A stretch of 64,000 bases of DNA. Source: the human T2T-CHM13v2.0 reference genome, Homo sapiens. The translations under genes were made by a program, and so were the position numbers. Positions 52,030 to 64,000 of the stretch are shown piece by piece (within the stretch, counting starts at the first letter, position 1; every line of letters begins with the position of its first letter). Location: NCBI RefSeq assembly GCF_009914755.1, contig NC_060944.1, one strand, 5' to 3'. The notes beneath the pieces were generated by a model that saw only the letters and a list, made by a program, of their open reading frames with translations, was not told where the DNA came from and did not search any database.

Positions 52030-52530
52030 CTTTTATTTAGTCATTGAGCAAATATCTATTGTGCACAAACTATCCCAGGCGCTGTGCTAGGCACTGGGGG
52101 TAAAGTACTGAGCAAGACAAAGGTCCTGTTCTCACTGAGCTTCCATTCTGGTTGGAGAGATAGCAAGAGATGGAAAATGAATAAATAAGGTATTTTCAGA
52201 TTGTGATAAGTGCTTTGAAGAATGGTTTGATAAAAAGCGATGACTGTGGAAGGCTGCTTTAGCCAGGGTGGTCAGGGGAGGGTTCTGAGGAAGCCAACCT
52301 TGGGGATGTGGAGGAGCCAGCCATGCCAGGTGCTGGGGAGCACGTGTCCCGGTGGGAGAAGCAACAGCCCGGAGCAAGAAAGGTCTGCATGTTAAAGGAA
52401 CACTAAGGGCCAGATTGTGCAGGGCCTCTCGGGCGCAGTAAGGAGTTTGGGTTTTATTTCACTACAGTAGGGGGTCATTGGTGAAATTTAAGCAATGGAG
52501 TGACATCACGATGTGAATTTGTGAAAGCAG
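52030..52530 (-). mobile_element. L2 3' fragment
   Basis: CAAATATCTATTG...CCAGGCGCTGTGCTAGGCACTGGGG...GGCCAGATTGTGCAGGGCC...AAGGAGTTTGG. Confidence 0.8.
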
Positions 52531-52585
52531 AGTTTGAGCCTGTGGGGGTGGCAGGGAGCAGGGGCACCTAACACGAGTGGAGAGC

Positions 52586-53004
52586 TGCTATGGAGTGGAT
52601 GTTTGTCCCCTCCAAACCTCGTGCTGCAATTTGATTCCCAGTGTTGGAAGTGGGGCCTAATGGGGGGTGTTTGAGTCATGGTGGCAGATCCCTCATGAAT
52701 AGATTAATGTGCTCCCTTGTGGGTGAGGGAGTTCTCACTCTGTTAGTTCCCATGAGAGCTGGTTGTTAAAAAGAGCCTGGAACCTCCCCATCTTGTTCTT
52801 GGTTCCTCTCTCGCTGTGTGATCTCTGCACACACCAGCTCCCCTTCACCTTCCACCATGAGTGGAAGCAGCTCGAGGCCCTGATCAGATGCAGATGTCCA
52901 ATCTTGAACCTTCCAGCCATCAGAATCATGAGCCAAATATTTTTTCTTTATAAATTATGCAGATTCAGGTATGCTTTTATAGCAACACAAAACAGACTAA
53001 AACA
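52586..53004 (+). mobile_element. MSTB1/MSTC-like solo LTR
   Basis: TGCTATGGAGTGGATGTTTGTCCCCTCCAAAC...ATAGCAACACAAAACAGACTAAAACA; TSD AGAGC/GGAGC. Confidence 0.9.
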
Positions 53005-54544
53005 GGAGCTGTTTAGAGACCTAGCACCCAGGGTTTTTACTGGGGCAGGTCCCATGGGCACCCTCTGCTTAGCACGCACCAGGATTCCACACACATGGAA
53101 TGAAAGTAGATGCCCAGCCTAAACCACATTGTTTGCAGCAAGGAGGCTATTGTAATTTTCCGACTAAGAGATAATGAGGGCTTGGATAAACGTGGGGGTG
53201 ATAGAGAACAGAAAAGTGAGTGGATTAAGAATCTACTTTGGAGGTAGCGCTGTCAGAAAATGCTGATGGATTGGGTGTGGGGTGTGAGAGAAAGTGAGTG
53301 CCAGACTTAGCCAAATGGGCACAGATTATCATGGGAGAATCCAGCACCATCATTAAGCACTTTAGAGTTCAAGAAATGCTGCTTCATACATACCCTCTCT
53401 CACTTAACCATGGGCAATTCACAGTAGAAAGGATCTCAGGGGACATCTAGTGTAACTGTGTACTTTGACAGGTGAGGAAACTGAGACTCAGGGAGGGGAA
53501 GTATTTTTTTCAAGATTAAACAGAGAGTTCATTGCAGACACCAGCTTGGAATCTGTGTTCTTTGATTTCCAAGTAAGTGATCTTTCAATATGCCATTTTT
53601 ATGGGAGGATTGGAAATATTATAAACAATAGAATGTTAAAGCTGGAAAGGATCTTGTGCTGGTTCTTAAGCTACTGTTTCTCATCCCCAAACTCAACCTT
53701 TTAAATTTCATTCTATAATGCTGAACCTGAGACTTTACATTTATTCTTCATCAAGTTTGTTTCTTGCTGGGTTCCATCCACTTGGGATAGCAGCCTGGGC
53801 CCAATCAGGGGATAAAAACCACACAGTGATTTAAACAGAGAAAATGTTACGTAAGTAAATATTAAACTATGATAAAAGAATAACTGTAGAATATTTTAAA
53901 AAGTATATATGGCTCCCTAAGGCTAAGAGAATGAACCCTAGGAAGGACAAGCTTGGAAAAGGGCCCCTTCCTATGGATGGGGTTTAGAGCTTCTTGTAGA
54001 AGGTCATTTGCTGACCCCTGGCTTAGCTTATTGGTATACAGGAAGAGCACCTAACACAGTCACTAATATTCTAAAGTCATCAATCCCTTCTCTCCATCTC
54101 CACTGTTGCCATTTTGGTCCAAGCCATCATCATCTCTCAACTGACTATTGCAGTAGTCTCCTGACTAGGCTCTTGGTTTCTGTCTTGACCCTGTATTAGG
54201 TCAGGTTTCCTAGAAGCAGAGCCTATGACAGATGGCTTATGCATGTGACTTATTGAGAAGCTACTCCTGAGAGAAGGGAGTGAGGGTGCAGAATAGGTCA
54301 GGAAAAAAAAGCTAAGCAAGGAAGGAGAGTAACTTCATCCTGGTCCCATGGAAAGCCCGGGAGCATGAACTGTACCCCAGAGGTCCCAGTCTGAGGCAGG
54401 GGGCTGGCATTTGCATCTCCATGCTAGTCATTGGCTATGGGCTGCCCTAGGATGAGCATGGGGGTTGCAGCTTATTGGACAAGGAAGTTCTCATGTGGCC
54501 TAGGGCAGTACTCTGGGGAGGGGGACACCTGTGAGCCATTTTCA

Positions 54545-54870
<326 letters not shown>

Positions 54871-55669
54871 ACATAGTTGCACATGCTCAGTAAGGGGGAT
54901 CCACGCAAGGGTCTGATAGCATCCACACCCGCTCCAACCGTCTATTAATAGACAGTGGTCAAGGTGGTCCTCCTCTTCAAGTTCAGGTTCAGGTTCCAAG
55001 ACAGAATGGGTCAGTCTTGTAATGGGGACTGTGAGATTTGCTGGGCTGCTGTAGGATCTGCCAAGGGACATTAGAAGAAAGGCAGGAAACCACACTGGGG
55101 TTAGAGTCCCACAGAATTTTATTTCAGCTCTGGCCCTTTCTGGCTGTGAGGTCTTGGGTGAGTGTCTTCTCTCTCTGGATGCATTTCATCACCTAAAAAT
55201 GGGACACCCACACCTGCCCAAGGGATTAGCTCTGGGATCATCCTCTGAAGCCCACCACTGCTGCTGCTGCTTCATGCATTGGCACTAATTTTGAATGCCT
55301 TGTTGGATGTTCACATAGGTTAAAAAGCTGCTTGAAATGATCTGAGCCCAGAACTGAAATCCATTTTACATAGAAATAATTTTTATTTTATTTTATTTTT
55401 TTTACTGTTTTAAACTGAGTTTTACCACACTGTTCCCATGGTGTAAACTACGGGAAGATTGTACTCTGTTCTTTTCAGGATTTATTCAATGTTGCTCACC
55501 TGTTTGAAAAAAATCACCTTACCAATGGCAGAGCCTCTTGTGGTGTCTGAGTTGCCCAGAACAGTACAGCTGTAGTCAGTCCGCATCTGTGACTTCGTTC
55601 ACTGTGATTCTGCATCCAAGTTCAAGCATCTGATGACATAATTACATGGTCTACCTTAGTAATGCCAGG

Positions 55670-56044
55670 TGTATTAGTCTTCTCAGGCTGCTATGAAGAA
55701 ACACCCGAGACTGGGTAATTTATAAAGGAAAGAGGCTTAACTGACTCACAGCTCTGCAGGGCTGGGGATGACTCAGGAAACTTACAATCAAGGCGGAAGG
55801 GGAAGCAGGCTTGTCCTCCTTCACATGGTGGCAGCAAGGAGAAGTGCAGAGTGAAGTGGGGGAAAAGCCCCTTATAAAACCATCAGATTATCCTGAGAAC
55901 TCATTTACTGTCACGAGAAAAGTATGGAGGTAACCACCCCCGTGATTCAGTGACCTCCCCCCAGTTCCCTTCCATGACACGTGGATATTATGGGAGCTAC
56001 AGTTCAACGTGAGATTTAGGTGGGGACACAGCCAAACCATATCA
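55670..56044 (-). mobile_element. THE1 (B/C/D) solo LTR
   Basis: TGTATTAGTC...GAGACTGGGTAATTTATAAAGGAAAGAGG...GGGGACACAGCCAAACCATATCA; TSD CCAGG/CTAGG. Confidence 0.92.
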
Positions 56045-57204
56045 CTAGGGCACTTACATGTTGAACTATGTTTTGTTTTATTATAAATTCCTTTCTTTTT
56101 CTCTTTATATCCCTCTGGGGAAATTACATTGTTTAAGAAAATGCCTGTAGCTAGGTTATATTTTCTATGAATTTCATTTCAGTTGAGTAAAGGGAAAGTG
56201 ATAAAGTATTTGTGTTAAAAGCCTGGCATTGACTCTGACAGAGTCGAGAATCACACATCTACAAAGAATTAGCAACATCTTCTCTTTCCATAGGAAACCC
56301 ATAGCCTCACTGAGAGACACCTTGGAGCTCTTTGTTAGTTTGAGCCACATTTTACAAGGAAGGACTCTTTTCTGTCCTCTCCCAACTGCTGTCCTTTGCT
56401 AGGACTCCTTAAGAGGGAGTATTTTCCCTCTTAAGGAGTCTGCTGGGGACCTGTGTAATCATTTAGCCCACATCCTGGGCCATGTCAGCTCTCCTGGAAT
56501 TGTCCCTACTAGCGTTGAGTGTGGCTGTCTTACTCCCCTTTGCTGGAGGAACAGACCTGGACTTCTGCCAAACTGAGGTCCCTGCCTGGTGAGTAAGTAA
56601 TTTGTTTCCTCCATAGGAGATGGAGCGACAATCAAGAAACAAACAAACACATTTTTTTTTTAAAAGGCATAAAAGCTTAGTCATGCAAATCAAGGCAGAG
56701 GAGAGAGGGTAAAGAAAATGGCCTTATTCATATTCTGCAACTTCAGCACGCCCTGGCCCATGGGCCGATTTCTATTAAAACACTCAGCCTAGAGCAGCCA
56801 ACACTCCGGCTCATTAATAAAGGTTTGTCCCAAGTGGAGTAAACACCACCCGTTCCCAGGACACCCAGAAGCAGAAAATTAACCAGAGGTGAACTGGGTC
56901 ATTAGCTGCTGCACAATATGGGTCATCCTAGATTAATTTAGTTCCCTTCAACTGGAGGCTCAAAGAGAGTGACCGGTTCTCATAGCGGGGAACAGTGACT
57001 TAGCAGCGTGTTGAGGTCTCTTGGATACCAGGCCAGGAGCTGCCATTATGATTCATGGCGCCTCTGACATCACTCAGTGGTTTTGTGATGCAAAGTTCAC
57101 ATGTCTGAGCACACATAAGGGACTCTGTGAATATGTGTGTATTTGTTGTGTGCATGCCCGCAGAATGGGATACAGAGACTCACTCTATTCATCAGGGATT
57201 TGTT

Positions 57205-58000
57205 TTAATCAGGTATGGTAAGACCCCCAGACACAGAAAGTACTGTCATCCGGGAAGACATTCATTACATTCTAGGTCCCGAGAAACGGGAGACATGGCA
57301 TGCTCTGCGGGGCCGCACGGGGAACCCTGGGAACCCGGGAACCGTGCTCTGCGGTCCGCACGGGGAACCCGGGAACCGTGCTCTGCAGGGCCACATGGGG
57401 AACACTGGGAACCCGGGAACTGTGCTCTGCGGGGCCACACGGGGAACCTAGGAACCCGGGAACACGGGAACCGTGCTCTGCAGGGCCACATGGGGAACCC
57501 GGGGAACCGTGCTCTGCAGGGCCACACGGGGAACCCGGGGAACCGTGCTCTGCAGGGCCACACGGGGAACCCGGGGAACCGTGCTCTGCAGGGCCACACG
57601 GGGAACCTGGGAACCCGGGAACCGTGCTCTGCAGGGCCACATGGGGAACCCTGGGAACCCGGGAACCGTGCTCTGCAGGACCACATGGGGAACCCGGGAA
57701 CCCGGGAACCGTGCTCTGCAGGGCCACATGGGGAACCCTGGGAACCCGGGAACCGTGCTCTGCAGGGCCACATGGGGAACGCTTCCTTTCAAGAGGAAGA
57801 GGGAGGAAGTGAGACATGAGCAAGAGACTTTATTGAGGAATGAATGGATAGGCAGTCACCAGGCTCAGGGTTGTGAGTGTGAGTCACTTCAGCAGGCTCT
57901 GGGACATAGGGGCTGTTCCTAGTTGTCTGGTACCTGGCCCTGGAGAGGGAGAGCCCAATAAAAGAGGTGGTTGGGGCGTGTGGGCTCTTGATTTGTTTTT
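57205..58000 (-). mobile_element. Old ERVL-type LTR (MER54/73/76-like) hosting a VNTR
   Basis: TGGTAAGACC...; after the VNTR GCAAGAGACTTTATTG...GGCTCTGGGACATAGGGGCTGTTCCTAGTTGTCTGGTACCTGGCCCTGG. Confidence 0.5.
57298..57781. repeat. GC-rich composite minisatellite, ~12 units of ~33-51 bp
   Basis: Core CCGTGCTCTGCAGGGCCACAYG plus 2-4 copies of a GGGAACC(C) submotif per unit. Confidence 0.95.
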
Positions 58001-58849
58001 CATTTGCAAGACATGCTCCAGATGAGTTGTTTCCTGTCTCTTAGGAATTGGCAGGCATGGGAAGAGCACGCTGTCCAGGGTCGGCAAGGCCTGGAAATGT
58101 CAGAGCATCAGAATACTGAAAATAAAAGACATGGTCAGTACTCATACATAGACATGACACACACATATACACACATATGCAGACTCACACATGTCAACAG
58201 CTGAATGAAAAATGTCTTTCATTCCTGGAAGCAGGAGTCATATCACTTTCTCCAAAGCATGTCTTTTTCTATGCAATGGTGTGCTTTAGGTGCAAGAACA
58301 CTCGAGAAGCGGCAAAGATAAAGTTAAACAAATCCAAGTGTTATAATTCTGCATTATGCATATGTTTTGACTTTTCATCTTTTATTCAGAGAGTAAGATA
58401 ACCAAATAGAGTAAAGGAAGCCCAGCCAACCAGCTCAGTTTCATGTGGGCAGAACCAGCAGGAAATTGAAAGGGGAGAGAAGCCCCTTGCCAAAGCCGCC
58501 TCCACTTGCACTGGGAAGCCCACCACAGGCCACCACCTGGGCTGGGAGATTTGTCAGCAGGCGTTGGCCTGTGACAGTCACACTTCCTGCTCCTCAGTCT
58601 GAGATGCCCCAACCAGATGGCGGAGGCCCGATGGGGAAGGAGCAGCCTCCACGGAGGCCCGCCTGGTTTTCCAGCCTTGGACTTGCAGCCGGGACATGAG
58701 GGCTCCCTCCTACTCTCCCACCCCTCCTGCTGGTGAAGCAAGCCCCTCCTACTCAGAAGGGAGCTTTCTCTGCCCTGGAAGATGCTTGGAAACTTGGCTT
58801 CCAGACGTGCAGGCGCCAGGGGCCTGTCCACTCCTCCTCCCCCTTCTCC

Positions 58850-59260
58850 TGGACTCACTGACCTTCCTTCTGTGCCACAAACAGCCAGGTTCATTCCCAA
58901 CCCAGGGACCCTGTGTGACTGACCATTCTCCTCCTGGATGCTGTCCCCAGCCCTGTGCATGGCTGCCCCTTCTCACCTTTCAGGGCTCTGCCAGGTGCCA
59001 CCTCCTGGGTGAGCACTTCCCTGGCCACCCTGTCCCCAGGAGCCCTCTCCACCAAGGCACTTCCTAGCATCTCACCCCATTTCCTCTTCTCAAGATCCCT
59101 CATCACCATCTGAAATGAATTTGAGCATGTGTTGACTTGGGGATCATATCTCCCCCTCCTTACCTGTGTGTGAGCTCCAAGGAAAATCAGTGTCCGACCT
59201 GACTTACGAACCTGTGTCCCCAGAGCCTACAGCGATACCCAGCCCAGAGGTGCTGGCTGC
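58850..59260 (+). mobile_element. L2 fragment
   Basis: CCAGGTTCATTCCCAACCCAGGGACC...CCTGGATGCTGTCCCC...CACTTCCCTGGCCACCCTG...TGTGAGCTCC. Confidence 0.7.
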
Positions 59261-60398
59261 ACATGATGCTGATGACTCCTAGGGTGAGCCTGGCATCTGA
59301 GTCCTGGGTTCAAGTCCTGATTCAGCTGTTCCCAGGCACCTGACTTTGGGAGAGATGCCTCCTCTCTGGGTCAAGTTTTTTTCCTTTGTGGCATGAACCT
59401 ATATTCCAATATCCATCAGTCACGACTGCTGGGGCTCAAAGACCAAGGTGACATATGTCAAGGTGCTTGGCCAACTCAGAGAGTTGTGCAAAGAGAAATG
59501 ACCACGTTAAGTTGCTGGCCCACGCCTGGGTAGAAGTCAGGGAATGGGCTAAGGAAGAGCATGGTGATGGCCCGCCTGGCGGAAGTCTGCAGTGTGTGGG
59601 TGTGTGTGTGCGGATGTGTTTGTGCATGCGTGTTATTAATGTTGTTTAATTGCCATTCAGGCTCCATAAATAGTAGCTAATTCTTCCTATGTGCCGAGTA
59701 TATACACTCACTTAATTCTTGCAACAGCCCTGAGTGGTAGGCACTGCTGTTACCACATCATCCCCATTCTGCAAATAAGGGAACTGAGGCAAGGGAGAAG
59801 AAATGACACAATCTCCTGGACCCTCTTGATGCCATTGTGGACAACAGGCCGCCTGAACTCACGTTTCCAGGCTCTACTTGGCCATTTCTGTGACTCTAAT
59901 TTCCCCAGTCAAAGCTTAAATTCATCACGCTGGTGTCCCTTGAGGATAAAAAAGTGATTAATTTTCTGCAGCTCACTTCTCTTTCTAGGTTAAATCTATT
60001 TTGGTGGCGAGGCTGGGGACACTGGGAATATGATACTGATCAATCTAGAATGTGTGGAGGAGTGGACAGCAGTTTTTAATCAGACAAGACCTTCAACCCC
60101 GGCACAGACCATCAATTGGCAGGTTCTCCTGGGACATGGACGTGGTGCATGGGGCTGCGTTCACCTGTGGTGGGGACATGTCAACTCGTTCTGGGGTTTC
60201 AGGGCTCCACTTGAACAGAACCAGTTCTCGTGACACTGTAGGCAGAAGAGAGCAGCACATGTCACATGGGGCTGGGGCTGAGGTCTTCTGAACACCCTGA
60301 AGGGGCATCTCTGGGTTTCACCTACCTGGATAGTTTCTCTCTGTTTTCCTAGTTCTTAGCGGGCTTCCCTTGTGGGAAACAACCTTCCTCCACTATGG

Positions 60399-60741
<343 letters not shown>

Positions 60742-61150
60742 TGACCCAGACCCAGCCAATCAAACATACTCTGTGATGGCATCAGGAGGTGGGTTCGTGA
60801 GCCCAGCTTGTCTGATCTGAGTCAGTCCCTGGACCTCTGCTGGGGAATTGGGGAAGAGGCTTCTCTTTTCTACTGACCTTGCTGGGCTGATGGGAGGATC
60901 AGGATCTGCTGGGGCATCTTTGCCACCTCATGAGAACTGTGTGACCCAGAAGGGAGCCCACCCAGGAGGACGCCAGCCTGAGAAATGGAAGAGAACCCTT
61001 CCTGATGATGTCATTTTGCACCAAGATCCAGCTGTGCCTGTAGTCAAATACTGCCGGGACATTAAGTTTCTGGAGTGAAGATATTCATGTTTTCACTCAT
61101 TTAAGTTTGAGTGGGTATTCTGTCCTTTGTGATCAAGAGTGCTGCCTGAT

Positions 61151-61237
61151 AGAGGTTGCAGTGAGCCGAGATCGTGCCACTGCACTCCACTCCAGCCTGG
61201 CGACAGAGAGAGTCTCTGTCTCAAAAAAAAAAAAAAA
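61151..61237 (+). mobile_element. 5'-truncated Alu (3' ~70 bp plus poly-A) with clear TSD
   Basis: AGAGGTTGCAGTGAGCCGAGATCG...GTCTC+poly-A; flanked by AGTGCTGCC(T/C)GAT(AGA). Confidence 0.93.
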
Positions 61238-61596
61238 GTGCTGCCCGATAGATGACAGTTCCCCCTTTTTGTCTCAGTGACTTTTAGAGCTTTTGGAGGT
61301 CTCCTGTTGGGGGCCCTAGGCTGTAGGGAGGAGATTCATATTTGTCCTGTATTCTTGGGAAACCTTTGAGCTAAGATTGGACTGAAATGGCCTCAGGTGC
61401 TCTAATCAAATTGAGACCTGGTCCAATCCCTGTGGGCCCCTAAACCAAAGGTGAATAAGGTGCCTGCCTAGCAGGAGGTTGTGACCTCCAGGCTGATGGT
61501 GGGGTGAGAGCTGGGAGTCTGGATGGAGCAGATGTAGGCAGACAACAGGATGAGATTTGAAGGCCACAGCTAAGAATGACATTGAAGATCAAGACC

Positions 61597-61803
61597 TGTG
61601 CTGTCCTCCATGGCAGTCACTGGGCACCTGGGGTTATTTCAGTTTATATCAATGAAAACTAAATAGCTTTAAAAATTCAGTTCCTCAGTCACGCTAGCCA
61701 CATTTTGAGTGCTCCATAGTCACATGTGGCTAGCGGCTGCTATATTGGACAGTGCAGACACAGAATATTTTCACCATGTGCAGAAAGTTGTACTCAACAA
61801 CAC
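61597..61803. mobile_element. MER3 hAT-Charlie MITE
   Basis: AAAATTCAGTTCCTCAGTCACGCTAGCCACATTT...CACATGTGGCTAG...TTGGACAGTGCAGA...CAGAAAGTT. Confidence 0.88.
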
Positions 61804-64000
61804 GAGACAGACATATAAGGTTTTGAGTCCAGAAAACATCAAGTTGGAGAGAGGCAGTAGCAAGAAAAAAAGAGCAACAATAAGGGGGACTGTGACCAAG
61901 AGGTCCCCACTCATTCATTCCATCCTTCCTTCATTCATCTCTTCACCTCACATTGATTGAGCTCCTATCAGGCACCCTCTATGACTGCAGGCTCCAGGGA
62001 AACACAAGAGAATTACACAGATGTAGCCTCAGACCACACAGAGCTCACATTTAGTCTGAGGAGTCAGACCCTAAGGGAGGTAAATAAGTCACTAAACAAG
62101 ACAATTCCAGAAAATAATAAATGCCAACATGAAAAGAGAGCAGGTAATAGGACACAGCGTCTTTGGTGGGAGGATCAGGCCTCAAGTTTGGGGAGACGTG
62201 TCATCTTTGGGCAGCTAAAAACTACAGGGCTCAGAAAACCTCAGACATACAGAAAGGAGAGGAATGCACTGCTCTATAGCCCACTCCCTGGAAGGCTGGG
62301 AAGCCCTGGTCCAGGGAAAGCACAGGGTTCTAGGAATTGGGAACGGGACCCAACCACAAGGACAGGAAGTGGACAGGGGCCTCCAGGAAGCAGAGAAGAA
62401 ACGAAGCACAGAAGTGGCCATGGGGCCATCATGGAGTCTGTTTCACGGACAGAAACACAAAGGGGCTGTTAGGAACAGCCACCTCTGGCCAGCCCCGCCT
62501 GTGATTGTGACCTGACAACTCGTGGTTTGTGAAGGTTGTTTGTTTCAGAGGCATTTCGCCTCTCTGCTTTTGGAACCTCCACGAGTGGACTTTTGTCTTG
62601 GGGCTCACAGTATTTTACCCCCTTCAGGGAGGTGGCTGGTTGTAGTTTAGCAAAACAGCCACTGACATCGCTGCTCCTTCAGCCTCTGCAGACAGAGCTG
62701 CAAGATCCTCGAGGCCTTTTTAATCCCCAGAAACAAGGTTCGCAGGAGGCCAGAGCCTTTGGTGGTGGGGAGCGGAGTCAGCAGGGGGAGGGGAGAGGCC
62801 CTTCGGAGAGACTGAGCCGCCAGGCCATCGAGGGAACCTGGGCCAGGGATGAGGCACTTCAGCCCTCGGAGCAGCTGCGACAGCAGAGTCTGACCTCCCA
62901 GCAAGGGGCTCTGGCTGCGGGTTTGTTTTCTTTGAGCAAAATCTCAGAAACAAAGATGCCTGTGATGACCTCTGCACGTAGGAACTTTCCATTTCTGCAT
63001 TACGCAGGGCATATGTGTGTCATTTAGGTGTTAAAACAGACCAAAATGTGTTCTCCCGCCCAGAAGCAAGCAAAGCCAACCCCAGCTGCAGTTCCCTGAC
63101 AGTCCAGTGAATTCAGCCAAAGGAAATGGCCCCACATGGAGGTGGGTGAGGCCCAGGGAGGACGACTGTGGTGGGAAACTCAGCAGGCGGAAATGTTCTC
63201 TTGGTTTCTGGGCGGGCTGGAGGTTTCCCAAGGGCCGGTGAAGTTTCAGCCCTAATAGCTGCAGGATTCTCTCAGGGCAGGTGACAGAAGACCTGATGAC
63301 TCCGGTGGCTCAGCGGAGAGTGCATTAATAGGCTTGACCACTTCTGCTCGATCTTCAGGCAAGCTGGGTCTGACCCCTGGACACTGTCCCCTGGAGCCCC
63401 TGGCCTCCACGTGTCCACCCACTGCCATGGTCATGGCTCCTCAGCAGGAGGAGGCCCAGCAGCCTCCAGGTGCCCCTGCCTGGTGCTAGCTGCCCACCGA
63501 AGCTCTAGCCTCACACTCTCAGGTTCAAATCCAGCGACAAGAGCGGATCCCACAAAGGCCACGAGAGTCACCCTAAACGGTCAGCTTAGGTCCTTCGTTC
63601 ACTGAGCCCATCGCTGTCCAGGGCAAGTGGTGCTGGCTGGGCTAGGTCCAGCTCCCGTGTCCACCCTGGGACCTGAGGTTCAGGGTCAGCTCACCCTAGA
63701 CACATGGATCGAGTGGGGAGGGTGAATCCTCAAATGCTAATCAGGTTCTGTTGTACAGAAGGGGAAGCGGAGGCAGGAGGATGCAGCAAGACCTGTTCCC
63801 TCCTCTAACGGCACTCATAGGACAGCCCAGCCACACATTCAAAGAATCTTGAAGGAATAGGATGGTTGGTATGGTTGGTGTGGAAGAAGGTTCATAAATT
63901 CTGGATTTAGCTTTGTGGGATTCAGCTGACCTGAAATTTATACCTGTGCAGGTAGGTGGTTGCTGGGTAGGGTGACCACTACTGTCTCTCTCCATCACCC

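Noticed and set aside
57127-57922. Collagen-like or Gly/Pro repeat ORFs (up to 230 aa)
   Set aside because: Products of the stop-free VNTR; unit lengths shift frame and all six frames are open.

Overview
Primate (almost certainly human) repeat-rich intergenic DNA. No intact protein-coding gene is supported, and the ORF track is repeat-derived or chance. Bases 1-5263 are a satellite array. Its left part is a 98-bp dimer of 49-bp monomers and its right part is a diverged ~53-bp monomer, which matches the D20S16 satellite and suggests chr20q13 (location inferred, not verified). The array has ~1.17-kb higher-order repeats, an internal 256-bp inversion, an MLT1 LTR remnant at its edge, and an orphan open phase-1/1 294-nt exon-like segment next to it. 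The rest is Alu, MIR, L2, L1, MaLR/ERV LTRs and hAT/Tigger elements, a U7 snRNA retrocopy, an LTR-derived GC-rich VNTR (57.3-57.8 kb) and microsatellites. The most unusual recurring signal is short local templated copies taken from 0.9-1.6 kb away. One splits the U7 retrocopy at its stem-loop, one sits inside an Alu's target-site duplication, one is a ~310-bp inverted copy that truncates a MER58, and one is a direct MIR-derived copy. There are also two perfect fold-back palindromes. Repeat subfamily names are from recognition, not a RepeatMasker run, and boundaries of old elements are approximate.
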